DNA of 64,000 nt from Leptolyngbyaceae cyanobacterium (GTDB lineage: Bacteria > Cyanobacteriota > Cyanobacteriia > Phormidesmidales > Phormidesmidaceae), in assembly GCA_965263355.1 (NCBI GenBank), contig CBDHHL010000032.1, positions 320,001 through 384,000 on the forward strand. The letters run 5' to 3'. The position numbers and the translations under genes were made by a program. Within the stretch, counting starts at the first letter, position 1, and every line of letters begins with the position of its first letter. Of this stretch, positions 29,600-39,115 are shown piece by piece. The notes beneath the pieces are model-generated. The model searched no databases, was not told the origin of the DNA, and saw only the letters and a list, made by a program, of their open reading frames with translations.

Positions 29600-29990
29600 A
29601 GGAGCTAAAGCTTACATCCCAGCTGTCAACAACTGTTGTGCACTGATATTCAGGTTAGGCAAACCAGGTGACACTAACGCTTTATCGTCCACAAATATCT
29701 GTTCAGTGTAGTTTCCATCCACCAGACTCAGGATCAATACCTGTTTGGCAATCGGGTCAGTTATCTAATATTCTGGAATACCCCGTTGAGCGTACTCTTG
29801 ACGCTTTTTTACATAGTCACGCTCTCGCGATTCCTTATTCGTATCACTATTTGACACAATCTCTACCACCAGAGCAGGTGCAGGCATATCCAATTGCACC
29901 AGCGATCTCGGTTTACCTGAGAGAGCAGCCACGCCTGTTTCTGCAAGCACCATCGCGTTTCTACCCATCGAGCAGGTACAAATTCCACCT
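29600..29990 (-). pseudogene. degraded Uma2-family endonuclease
   Basis: PALVVEIVS..RERDYVKKRQEYAQRGIPEY followed by premature stop; boundaries approximate. Confidence 0.7.
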
Positions 29991-30184
29991 GCAGATTCGT
30001 TGTTGGCCTAAGTAAGTCGTGTTATCCCACCTGGGTTCAAACCTTTGGGGTAATTAACATGAAAACAGTTGACGGTACTGATTGGGGTGCGATCGCGTAA
30101 GCTCAGTACAATTACTTATTACTTTGATCTTGAAATCTAATAAACCATTTTTGTCAAGCATATTTGCAATTCGTAATATTTTGC

Positions 30185-30202
30185 GTTACATTAGTTTACA
30201 TA
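30185..30202 (+). promoter_or_regulatory. HLR1 (RpaB-binding) motif upstream of psb34
   Basis: GTTACATT-AG-TTTACATA matches (G/T)TTACA(T/A)(T/A)-N2 direct repeat. Confidence 0.75.
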
Positions 30203-30236
30203 AGAACACACACTTAAGAATCAAGGAAGCCAAATT

Positions 30237-30407
30237 ATGTACACCACTGTTAATGAAACCGGTCAGCTCAATAACTACGCTACCGAGCCTGAGATGTACC
30301 TAGCGTCTTACCCTGCACCTGAGCAGCAGCGCCGTTACCTGCTTCAAGGTGGTCTAGCTACATTGCTTATCGCCATATTGGCGTTAACGGCCCTAGCCGT
30401 TAGCTAA
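30237..30407 (+). CDS. psb34: photosystem II assembly protein Psb34 (Ssl1498 family), 56 aa, absent from ORF track
   Basis: Translated by hand: MYTTVNETGQLNNYATEPEMYLASYPAPEQQRRYLLQGGLATLLIAILALTALAVS. Confidence 0.88.
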   Translation: MYTTVNETGQLNNYATEPEMYLASYPAPEQQRRYLLQGGLATLLIAILALTALAVS

Positions 30408-30464
30408 GCCGTATCTAATCTGCTTCACGACACATTTCAAAATAAAAGTAAGGAGACAAAAGTT

Positions 30465-30695
30465 ATGTTTGGTATCTTGTTAGCTGTCATTATTGTTGGT
30501 TGGGTCGCTGCATCCATCATTGGTACCCAAGCCTACTTCTTTGGAGAGCAGTCCAAACCTATCCATGAGCGCAACTGGAGTTCTGAAAGTTTTGAGGATA
30601 TTGCTAAGTTGGTAACCGGTCGTGACACTGACTTCAATGAGCGTGTTTATCCCTTTGGCGGTGATGCTTACACCAGTAATGCTGCCAATAGCTGA
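30465..30695 (+). CDS. Psb35-related small membrane protein
   Basis: N-terminal TM helix VGWVAASIIGTQAYF then GEQSKPIHERNW; AGGAG SD; operon with psb34. Confidence 0.7.
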   Translation: MFGILLAVIIVGWVAASIIGTQAYFFGEQSKPIHERNWSSESFEDIAKLVTGRDTDFNERVYPFGGDAYTSNAANS

Positions 30696-30750
30696 TAGTC
30701 TTAGCTAGCTGTTGGCAAAAACAACTATCACCTGACAAAGATTTTGAAGG

Positions 30751-30793
30751 ACATTAGTTACTAGGCAATCACCTAGACTAATGTTCTTTTTTT
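30751..30793 (+). terminator. rho-independent terminator of psb34 operon
   Basis: ACATTAGT..CTAGG loop CCTAG ACTAATGT followed by T7. Confidence 0.65.
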
Positions 30794-31143
30794 GTAAGCT
30801 TTCAGCGGGTCTAAGTTTTGAGAGGTCTCAAGAAGCCGAGTACCTGCTAGAGTAAGCCTATGAAAGATAAGGCTCTCCCATCGATACCCACAGTCAGCGA
30901 AGCGGACTGGGAAAAGACACCGTCCAGCGTTAAGACGTTGGTTCTGAGTCTAGTGACAAGAGTCGAACTCAACTACGCGCAGAAAATGAATTGCTCAAAG
31001 AGAAGCTGCAGCGCAATAGTCAGAACTCATCTCAGCCACCATCGGAGGATAAAGCCAAAGGATTTAAGCCGAAGAAACCTCGCAGTGGTCGCTCGCGAGG
31101 AGGCCAATTCGGACATCCGGGGAAAGGGCCGAAGCTATATCCA
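30794..31143 (+). mobile_element. IS66-family left-end remnant, frameshifted
   Basis: GTAAGC left TIR start at 30794; DWEKTPSSVK, then in shifted frame NSQNSSQPPSED..RGGQFGHPG. Confidence 0.78.
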
Positions 31144-31483
31144 TAATAGAGCCTGTTTCATCGTCTTTAGCTGGAATAAATCGAATTAAATATTCGTCAT
31201 AGGATCTAAGGTGTGTAGGCACTTCAAAGCCAAGACAAAAATTAATTACGGTTCGCTGCCAGGTATCAATCTCACCATCCACTAAGTATTCTTTCAGCAC
31301 GTCTAACGCTGGTTTATGATCAATGAAATTCGATTCAAAATGAATGATCCCATAGGGGTTGTGCCTTTTGCCAGCCTTAGGATATCGGGGGCTAGCAGCC
31401 AAGATTTTTATACAGATTATGTATGTCAAAACAAAATCGAAACTGTGTCTTTGCAACTTGGTTGTAGTTCCAGGTTCAAGGAG

Positions 31484-33313
31484 TTACTCAATTTCTGTTG
31501 TAAATGGTAATCGCATGTAAACTCCGTGGGGATCATTGAGGGTTTTCAACAAACTCAATTCTTCTCGCAATTTCATCGCTTCTTGAGAAATTGGATCCTG
31601 AGCCCAGGGCAGCCTAGAGACAATACCTACACCAAAAAGACTTTCAAAAATCTGTTCTTCCAGGGTCGGCGGCTGAGGTAATTCTTGTACCTGCCAATCC
31701 TCTAATTCAGCTGCTTCGGCTGCTGCTGCAATGGCATCATTAAGCCCCCCCATCTGGTCCACCAGGCTAGCCGTTGCTGCATCCGTTCCCGACCACACCC
31801 GTCCTTGGGCTACCTGATTGATTTTTTCTTTGGGTAGTTCACGCCCTTCGGAGACAAGAGTCAAAAAGCGATCATATAAAGTATTGACAAACCCTTGCTG
31901 TAGCTTAAGTTCATCCTCACTTTGGGGACGGCTGACGGTGTCAATGTCAGCTAGCTTAGCGGTTTTGATAATGTCCCAGGTGATGCCGTTGCGATTAGCA
32001 ATTTCCTTGAAATTAAGTCTGAGACCGTATACGCCGATAGAGCCAGTGACTGTAGCTGCTGTGGCAAAAATCTGATCACCAGGGGCAGAAATCATGTAGC
32101 CACCTGAGGCAGCATAATTACCCATGGAAACAATGACGGGTTTCTGCTCAGCTAAAAGTTCTACCTCACGGGCAATGACTTCAGAGGCAATGGCACTACC
32201 CCCCGGACTATTTACCCGTAACACCACTGCTTGTATATCATCATCGTGGCGTACCTCTCGCAATGTGTCTGATAGCCCACCTGATGTGATTAAACCCGTC
32301 GCCATGCCATCGCCATCAACGATTTCACCGTTGGCATATATAACGGCAACGGTGTTGTTTCTGCCTGAGAAATCTGTATCTAAGGTTTGGCTATAGCGGT
32401 AGAGACTGATTTGGGTAAAGTCGTCTTCATCACCATTCCAGTTCTCTTCCTCAGATTGGCCCGTTAGTTTGCGTAATTCGGCTAACACATCATCGTAAAA
32501 GGCTACATTGTCAATTAGCCCGGCAGATTGGGCGTCAGTGGCAGGCAATAAGCCTTGGTTTTCGGCAACAGCTTGAATGGCCTCAGGTGTAGTTTCCCTG
32601 GCTGCGCTAGTGGTAGTTAAAAACTCTTGCCATAGATCGGTGAGCAATGCCTGGGTTTGTTGCTTTTCTTCGGGGCTGCTGCTAGTTCGGGTAAAGGGCT
32701 CAATGGCAGATTTGTAGCGACCTGCCCGCAATACTTGAACGCCGACACCATACTTACTAAGGGCTCCGGCGAGAAACTGGATCTCGGCTCGAAAGCCATT
32801 TAGTTCCATGACACCTGCGGGATTCAGGTACAGCGAGTCTGCTACGGAGGCTAGATAGTAATCTCGCTCACTCCAAAGGGTATTGTTGGCGAGGATCGGT
32901 TTGTCGGAGTCAGTTTTGAATTTTTCCAACGCTGCCCGAACTTCTTTAAGGGTGGCCAATCCGGCATTGGTATTACCGGTCAGGTAAATGCCGGTGATGT
33001 TGTTATCGGTGGCTGCAGCTTCAATGGCCTGCAGGGCACTGTGTAAAGAAATGGAACGATAGGTATTGCCATAGAGGGTTTCCTCTAGGACAATGCTAGC
33101 GCCCGAATAGGGAACGGCGTCAACAATATCGGTGCTCAGATCAAAGACTAAAACTGAGTTTTTTTCAACTTCGGGTTCAACTTCGGTGGAAGCCGAGCTA
33201 ATAAAAAAGCCTGCTAGGCCAATTGCGCCCACACCCAATAGGGCAACTAAGCTGAATAGACCAACTAGGGTGCCAAGGGCACTAGCTGCCGCATATTTAA
33301 GAAAGTCTCGCAT
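31484..33313 (-). CDS. sppA: signal peptide peptidase SppA (protease IV, 67K type)
   Basis: GRYKSAIEPF, LRVNSPGGS, AASGGY, TGSIGV, AQGRVWSG. Confidence 0.96.
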   Translation of the reverse strand: MRDFLKYAAASALGTLVGLFSLVALLGVGAIGLAGFFISSASTEVEPEVEKNSVLVFDLSTDIVDAVPYSGASIVLEETLYGNTYRSISLHSALQAIEAAATDNNITGIYLTGNTNAGLATLKEVRAALEKFKTDSDKPILANNTLWSERDYYLASVADSLYLNPAGVMELNGFRAEIQFLAGALSKYGVGVQVLRAGRYKSAIEPFTRTSSSPEEKQQTQALLTDLWQEFLTTTSAARETTPEAIQAVAENQGLLPATDAQSAGLIDNVAFYDDVLAELRKLTGQSEEENWNGDEDDFTQISLYRYSQTLDTDFSGRNNTVAVIYANGEIVDGDGMATGLITSGGLSDTLREVRHDDDIQAVVLRVNSPGGSAIASEVIAREVELLAEQKPVIVSMGNYAASGGYMISAPGDQIFATAATVTGSIGVYGLRLNFKEIANRNGITWDIIKTAKLADIDTVSRPQSEDELKLQQGFVNTLYDRFLTLVSEGRELPKEKINQVAQGRVWSGTDAATASLVDQMGGLNDAIAAAAEAAELEDWQVQELPQPPTLEEQIFESLFGVGIVSRLPWAQDPISQEAMKLREELSLLKTLNDPHGVYMRLPFTTEIE

Positions 33314-33364
33314 GGTGGGATGGGGAGTGGGATGTGGGTGAAAAGAATGAGATTGGCTTTAAGT

Positions 33365-34426
33365 TTATGGTATGCGCTTAAGCACCTGAGCGTGTTTTAG
33401 ATCCTTAAGATTTCCCTGACCGGTGCAGAATAGGGCGGTTTTGAGTTCGGCAATTAGGATATCGGTGAGGGTATCAAGGGCCGCTTCGGAATGGTCAGCG
33501 GCTTTGAGAAAGGGCAAGGCCATACCGGCAATATCAGCACCCAAGGCCAGGGTTTTGGCTACATCTAAACCGTTACGTAGCCCCCCCGACGCAATCAGGG
33601 GAATTTCGGGTGCGATCGCACGTACCCCAATAATACAGTCAGCCGTAGGTATGCCCCAATCAGCAAAGGTTTGCCCTAAACGACGCTGTTTCACATCTTC
33701 GGCCCGTTCACTTTCCACACGGGCCCAGGAGGTACCCCCAGCCCCAGCCGTATCGATGGCTGAAATACCTACATTAATTAGTTTTTGAGCTAAATTTCCC
33801 GAAATACCATTGCCCACTTCCTTGGCGATTACCGGTACCGGCATTTGGCTACATAGAGTCTCAATCTTAGCCATCAGACCGCTAAAATCGGTATCACCTC
33901 GAGTTTGCACACATTCCTGCAGTGGATTTAAATGCAAAATCAGGGCATCGGCTTCCAACCAATTAACGACCCGCTGACAGTGCTCTAATCCGTAGCTGTA
34001 ATTTAGCTGCACTGCACCTAAATTTGCCAGGAGTAACGCATCGGGCGCATAGCTACGGATATTAAAGGTGGAGGCTAGCTCAGGTTTTTCTACGGCTACT
34101 CGCTGAGAGCCTACACCCATGGCTAAGCCAAATTTCTGGGCAGTGATCGCCAATCGCTGGTTAATCAAGCGGGCTTGTTCTGTGCCCCCGGTCATAGATG
34201 AAATGAGTAACGGCGTGGCTAGTTCCTTCCCAAGAAACGTGGTGCTAATATTCACCTGCCCGTAGTCCAACTCCGGTAGTCCACAGTGGATAAAGCGGTA
34301 GTTTTCCAGCCCCGTAGTGGTCTGGTGACACTGCACATCATCTTCTAAACAAATGCGTAAATGGTCAGCTTTTCGGTCCTGAATCGCGGCAGGGTTGGTT
34401 TTGTCCAAGCTAATGGTTTGGCCCAC
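33365..34426 (-). CDS. fni: type 2 isopentenyl-diphosphate delta-isomerase
   Basis: RKADH, ISSMTGG, GVGSQR, HLNPLQE, KEVGNG, GAGGTSW. Confidence 0.96.
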   Translation of the reverse strand: MGQTISLDKTNPAAIQDRKADHLRICLEDDVQCHQTTTGLENYRFIHCGLPELDYGQVNISTTFLGKELATPLLISSMTGGTEQARLINQRLAITAQKFGLAMGVGSQRVAVEKPELASTFNIRSYAPDALLLANLGAVQLNYSYGLEHCQRVVNWLEADALILHLNPLQECVQTRGDTDFSGLMAKIETLCSQMPVPVIAKEVGNGISGNLAQKLINVGISAIDTAGAGGTSWARVESERAEDVKQRRLGQTFADWGIPTADCIIGVRAIAPEIPLIASGGLRNGLDVAKTLALGADIAGMALPFLKAADHSEAALDTLTDILIAELKTALFCTGQGNLKDLKHAQVLKRIP

Positions 34427-34855
34427 AACGTATTACTGATAGGGTTAATGATCGTTCTTTATATAAAGTAATCCCTAGATTGAATCAATAATTGTTAGTC
34501 AACGTTTATTCACGCTAAAGGTCAGGGCACGTTGGCCGTGTACACAACCGGAGTTTTTCCAACGTAAGCATTCAAAGACTTTGTAAAGAGCTGGTAAAGC
34601 CTGATCATCTTTACTTAAGAACATTATTTCCCAAACAAAGAGATTACAACTGCTTTGGAACAAGCTGGGGAATTAAGCATCTTGATATTCCATAGTGATA
34701 ACGATGATTTGACCCGATGGGTTAACTGTAGGGTGAATACCGATGTGGCCCGGATGTCTGTCATCGGTATCAGGGTACAGAAACTAACTATCTAAAACGC
34801 TGTTGTGCTTTTTCTGAAATAGGTTGGTCTGTTGTGCTGACAGCATTACGGAGCA

Positions 34856-36442
34856 ATGAATTTCACGTTATGGCAACGCCCAAAAATATTAAACACAGAA
34901 CAATTATTGGAAAGGACTATGAGGGATATCGCTAGGAATTTTCAGGTACTGCCGCTAGTGTCTTGGATGGTATGGATGGCCATAGCGGTAATTGCAGCTC
35001 CAGTGATGGCCTTACCTTTAGAAGAAGTCCCTTTAGACGCTATAAATACCCTATCGGAAACGGACGCGGCAGACGATACTACTCTGGTGTCTTTATTGTT
35101 GGCAGCGGCTTCAGAGGACGTGCCTGGAGATGGTAGCTTTGATGATAGAAGCGCTGATGATGAGGACGCTGAAGCCGGTTTTGAGATCGCCGAGTCGGCG
35201 GATAGGATTTTGCTGGTGCAGGACCTTTCTGACGATCTAGCGGACCCTGCAGAGGCTACTGACGATGCTGAAGACGTTGATGTTGTTGAGAACACTGAAT
35301 CAGCAGATGGGATTTTGCTGGTGCAGGACCTTTCTGACGATCTAGCGGACCCTGCAGAGCCATTTCTCTTTGATGAAAATTCTGTTGAAGCATCTGAAGA
35401 AGGTGTTCTTGCTCCGATCTCGGGTACTGAGTCAGTTACAGACGAAACAACAAGTGACCTGACTGAGGTAGAGGGTCCCCTGACACCACCGTCCCTAAGG
35501 CTGCAGACCGCTGCGATTCAAGAGGGCGATGAATTCTCGGCCCGAGCACGGGTCTATGGTCACTATTTTCTAGAATCTAATGTGGCAGTGGTGGGGGCGG
35601 TTGACCTATCCACGGGAGAGGCCTTTTCGGATACGGATTCCACTGGTTTTAGTGTGAGTGAACTTTTTGTGGTGGCATCGCCTCCTGACATGCCTGAGTT
35701 GCGTGGGGCGGTTGGTTTGATCGAGCTGACGTCCTTTTTTGACCGCAATAGCTTTGCTAAAGATAGTTTGACTCACTTTCTTAATCCGGTTTTCCAGACC
35801 AATCCTGCCCTGGCAGCTACACAGCTAGAGTCTCAGCCAGCGGCCTTACTTCACTGGCGACCGATCGATGAGGTCATTCTCAAGGCGACAACGTTTTCGT
35901 CGGGAGGATTTGATGATTTAGAGTTTGATGCGATCGCAGCTGAAATTGGGGTCAATGTTGGCAATTTGATCGTGCGCGGTACCTACGTCAGTGCCACCGA
36001 TGACGGTGATCGGGATGGGATTCCCGAAAGTTTTCAAATTAATCGCAATGGGGTGTTTGGTCCTCAAGAAGGCGATCGCGAAGTGGCCTACGGTATCAAC
36101 GCTGAATGGTTTATTCCGCAGCTCAATGCGGGATTGTTTGGTCGTTACGGTCATCACAGAAACGCTGATCTTGATATCTCAGGGGATACTTACAGTTTTG
36201 GTGTGAACTTCCTGGACCTCTTAATTGACGATGATCGCTTTGGTATTGGCTATGGTCGTGGTCTTAGCGATGATGATCGTCGTCAGGGTAAGCGTCCTGA
36301 TGTATTGGAAACGTTTTATGACATCCGACTGGCACCGAATGCAAGGGCTGCCGTTAGTCTGCAGTTTCGCGATGAATTTTCTGAGACGGTCCTGGGATTC
36401 CGGGTTCGGGCCGATTGGGATTTATTAGAGCTTTTTGATTAA
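34856..36442 (+). CDS. outer-membrane carbohydrate porin-like protein with acidic N-terminal region
   Basis: Signal peptide, D/E-rich linker, FDRNSFAKD..FQTNPAL and amphipathic beta-strands (OprB-like). Confidence 0.7.
   Translation: MNFTLWQRPKILNTEQLLERTMRDIARNFQVLPLVSWMVWMAIAVIAAPVMALPLEEVPLDAINTLSETDAADDTTLVSLLLAAASEDVPGDGSFDDRSADDEDAEAGFEIAESADRILLVQDLSDDLADPAEATDDAEDVDVVENTESADGILLVQDLSDDLADPAEPFLFDENSVEASEEGVLAPISGTESVTDETTSDLTEVEGPLTPPSLRLQTAAIQEGDEFSARARVYGHYFLESNVAVVGAVDLSTGEAFSDTDSTGFSVSELFVVASPPDMPELRGAVGLIELTSFFDRNSFAKDSLTHFLNPVFQTNPALAATQLESQPAALLHWRPIDEVILKATTFSSGGFDDLEFDAIAAEIGVNVGNLIVRGTYVSATDDGDRDGIPESFQINRNGVFGPQEGDREVAYGINAEWFIPQLNAGLFGRYGHHRNADLDISGDTYSFGVNFLDLLIDDDRFGIGYGRGLSDDDRRQGKRPDVLETFYDIRLAPNARAAVSLQFRDEFSETVLGFRVRADWDLLELFD
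35205..35359 (+). repeat. 50-bp perfect direct repeat inside porin gene
   Basis: 35205-35254 = 35310-35359; encodes ILLVQDLSDDLADPAE twice. Confidence 0.9.
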
Positions 36443-36491
36443 TGATTCGTTGGGCAATGCCCATTTCAAAACGGCTTAATTTTTATGATTT

Positions 36492-36512
36492 GGTGGGCAA
36501 TGCTCACCCTAC
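36492..36512 (-). repeat. GTAG-type REP
   Basis: GTAGGGTGAGCATTGCCCACC on - strand; degenerate partner at ~36448-36465. Confidence 0.65.
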
Positions 36513-36540
36513 TTCACCACTCACTATTCACTACTGTCCT

Positions 36541-38802
36541 ATGAACTGGTATCGTCGCCCGCTGGGTTTATGTCTTAGCTTTAATTTACTCGCCACTACG
36601 CCGTTGCTCCTGGCGCAGCCGGTACTAGCCCAGCTGCCTAATTTAGACAATCAACCAGCGTTAGTTCAAGACGCCTATGCATTATTTGAAAAAGGCTGGA
36701 TTGATCCGGCCCTGGAAAAGTTTTTGCAGGCGGTGCAACGCTATCCTGACTCTGTTCCGGCTCAGTTGGGCTTAGCGCGGTCTTATCTTAAACTCGGTCA
36801 GGATACCAATGCGTTTGAAGCCTTTCAGCGGTTGACGGTACTGGAGCCTACAAACGTTGAGGCGTTGGAAACCTTGGGTTTATTAGGTAGCTACCGCTCC
36901 GAGTGGCGGGCAGTGGGGATTGATGCTCTAACGACACTGTTGGCCCAGCCAGGGTATGAGCAAAATGGAGCAGCGCGCTCCCAGCGTGCCCTGCTCTTGT
37001 TCTACGAGGGCCGTCTAATTGAAGCGGTGGCTGACTACGATATCGCCCTAGAGCAATCCCCCAGTTTGGCTACCCAAGTCGGGGCGGCTCAAGTCTTTGC
37101 CTATGGCGGTCGCTCCGCCCAATCTGTTGAGTTATTTGCTAGCTACATTGACGCTGGCCAAACCCTAAAGTTCTACGAAGCCCAGGCCTACAGCTTTGCC
37201 CTGCGTCAGCAGGGGAACCCCAGCACGGCTATTGAAGTACTGCAACCGTTTCTCAATGCCAATGGCGATGTTAACGAACAGGCGCAAATCAAGGCAGAAT
37301 TAGCTACTTCCTATGCGGCTAATGGTGAATATGAACGTGGTTTGGCGTTACTGGATACGATTCAAGGACAGCCCCTGGTAGTGGCGCGGGCGCTCAAAAA
37401 CATGACGTTTTACACCGATGCTCCTGACGTAGAGACTCGAGCCATTGCAGCCTATGAGTCTGTATTGACCCGCTCAAGTTTAACAGTGGGCACTGCCCGT
37501 GAAGCGGCGGCGGCTCTTTCCGCTTACCCCAGTGGTCAGCCGCTTACCCTAGCCACCTACCGTCAGCTGGCGGCCCAGTATCCCGATGACATTAGCCTTT
37601 ATGTACAGGCCAGCATTTGGGAGCGTCAACTGGCACAAATTTCCGCCCAGGAACTGCGACAGCGTCTGTTGGCGGTGACGTTACCTGAAAATCCCACCCA
37701 GCTACGGTACATTGCCAGCAGCCTAGCCAGACTCGATCCCCCCGATGCCGAACTCCTGCCGTTTTATCAGGATGTGCTGGCCGCTACATCTGCAGAACCG
37801 TTTCTCCACTATCGTCTCGGTCAGATTTATTTGCAGCAAAATCAGCTAGAACTGGCCCAAGAACAGTTACGTTTGTATGCTGGCGATGACCCTGCTGTCT
37901 TACTGTTCCAGGCCGAACAAGCCCGTCGTCAGGATGATACCGATACCAGCATTGCTATTTATCAGCAGTTGATCAACAACCCCAGCAGCAACAATGAAGT
38001 GGTGACCGGTGCCCTGCAAGGACTAGCGGGTATTTATCAGGGACAGGGTCGCTATGCTGAGGCATTGGCCATCTATGAAGAAATTATTGCCCTGAACCCT
38101 GGCAATGATGCCAAAATCCTCGGTCAAACCAGTTTGGCCTACCAGGGGAAATTTATCTCAGCGGCAACGGCTGAGTCGGTTTTAGCTCAGTGGATGGCTA
38201 GCCATCCCGCCAATGACAATCCACCTGAACTCTTTAGTTTAGTTGGTGCTTTACCCCCTGATTCCTCCCGTAGTGAGCTGTATGAGTCACTCCTGTTGGT
38301 CAATCCCAACTCCATCGCAATCCGTCAACGACAGATCCAGGTGTTGGCTATGACCGATCCTGATGCAGCTAACGAAGCGGCTGCTCAACTGGTAGCCGCA
38401 AATCCTGATGCGCCTGAAGCTTATTTGCTGCAGGGTCAGATTGCTCAAGATACGGATGATTTGTCGACCGCAGCCAATGCTTATAACGCCCTGCTAGAGA
38501 GTAATCCTGAACAATTTGATGCGATTGTTGGGTTAGCTGGGGTACGGTTCCGTCAACTACGCTACCAAGAAGCCCGTCGTCTGTACGACCAGGCTATTGA
38601 GTTGGCTCCCGATGACATTAATTTACGTCAAGCATCCATTAGTTTGACGGTGGCTCAAGATCGGCCTTTACAAGCCCTAGAAGAAATCAATGCCTTACAA
38701 AGTCAGGTGCCTAATAGTGTTGGTCTGGCCCGTCAGGAATTATTGATTAAGGAAGGGCTACTGCTACATCGTGGCTTTCAGCCTGTTTGGGAGCGTTACT
38801 AA
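36541..38802 (+). CDS. periplasmic tetratricopeptide-repeat protein (BcsC TPR-region-like)
   Basis: Signal peptide from ATG 36541 (the upstream ORF extension runs through a REP), multiple TPR helices, adjacent to GH8. Confidence 0.82.
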   Translation: MNWYRRPLGLCLSFNLLATTPLLLAQPVLAQLPNLDNQPALVQDAYALFEKGWIDPALEKFLQAVQRYPDSVPAQLGLARSYLKLGQDTNAFEAFQRLTVLEPTNVEALETLGLLGSYRSEWRAVGIDALTTLLAQPGYEQNGAARSQRALLLFYEGRLIEAVADYDIALEQSPSLATQVGAAQVFAYGGRSAQSVELFASYIDAGQTLKFYEAQAYSFALRQQGNPSTAIEVLQPFLNANGDVNEQAQIKAELATSYAANGEYERGLALLDTIQGQPLVVARALKNMTFYTDAPDVETRAIAAYESVLTRSSLTVGTAREAAAALSAYPSGQPLTLATYRQLAAQYPDDISLYVQASIWERQLAQISAQELRQRLLAVTLPENPTQLRYIASSLARLDPPDAELLPFYQDVLAATSAEPFLHYRLGQIYLQQNQLELAQEQLRLYAGDDPAVLLFQAEQARRQDDTDTSIAIYQQLINNPSSNNEVVTGALQGLAGIYQGQGRYAEALAIYEEIIALNPGNDAKILGQTSLAYQGKFISAATAESVLAQWMASHPANDNPPELFSLVGALPPDSSRSELYESLLLVNPNSIAIRQRQIQVLAMTDPDAANEAAAQLVAANPDAPEAYLLQGQIAQDTDDLSTAANAYNALLESNPEQFDAIVGLAGVRFRQLRYQEARRLYDQAIELAPDDINLRQASISLTVAQDRPLQALEEINALQSQVPNSVGLARQELLIKEGLLLHRGFQPVWERY

Positions 38803-39115
38803 CTCCAGGTTACCTATAGGCACTGGACTAGGAAAAAATCAAACTCCTCTGCTCAATGCTCTTCATTGGGGTGAGTATTGGCAAAGCGCGCCAGGATGTG
38901 GGCATTAGCTCTATTGCTTGGCACACTGTTCTAAGTGGCAACCAAGAAAACACATAAGCGTTCTAATTTGCTAAGACAGAGTTGCGTACGTAACTTGCGT
39001 ACGTAACTCGTAGCATTTGTAATTGCTCATAGCGTTAGCCTTCAAACGCTGTATACGGTGTATCTGCCCATTGGATAAATTGCCATATTAGGCCAGACAA
39101 AAGGATGGGACAAAT

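Noticed and set aside
30082..30303. 73-aa ORF
   Set aside because: Overlaps the HLR1 site and psb34 in another frame
36442..36540. N-terminal extension of the TPR ORF
   Set aside because: Reads through a REP element; signal peptide begins at ATG 36541
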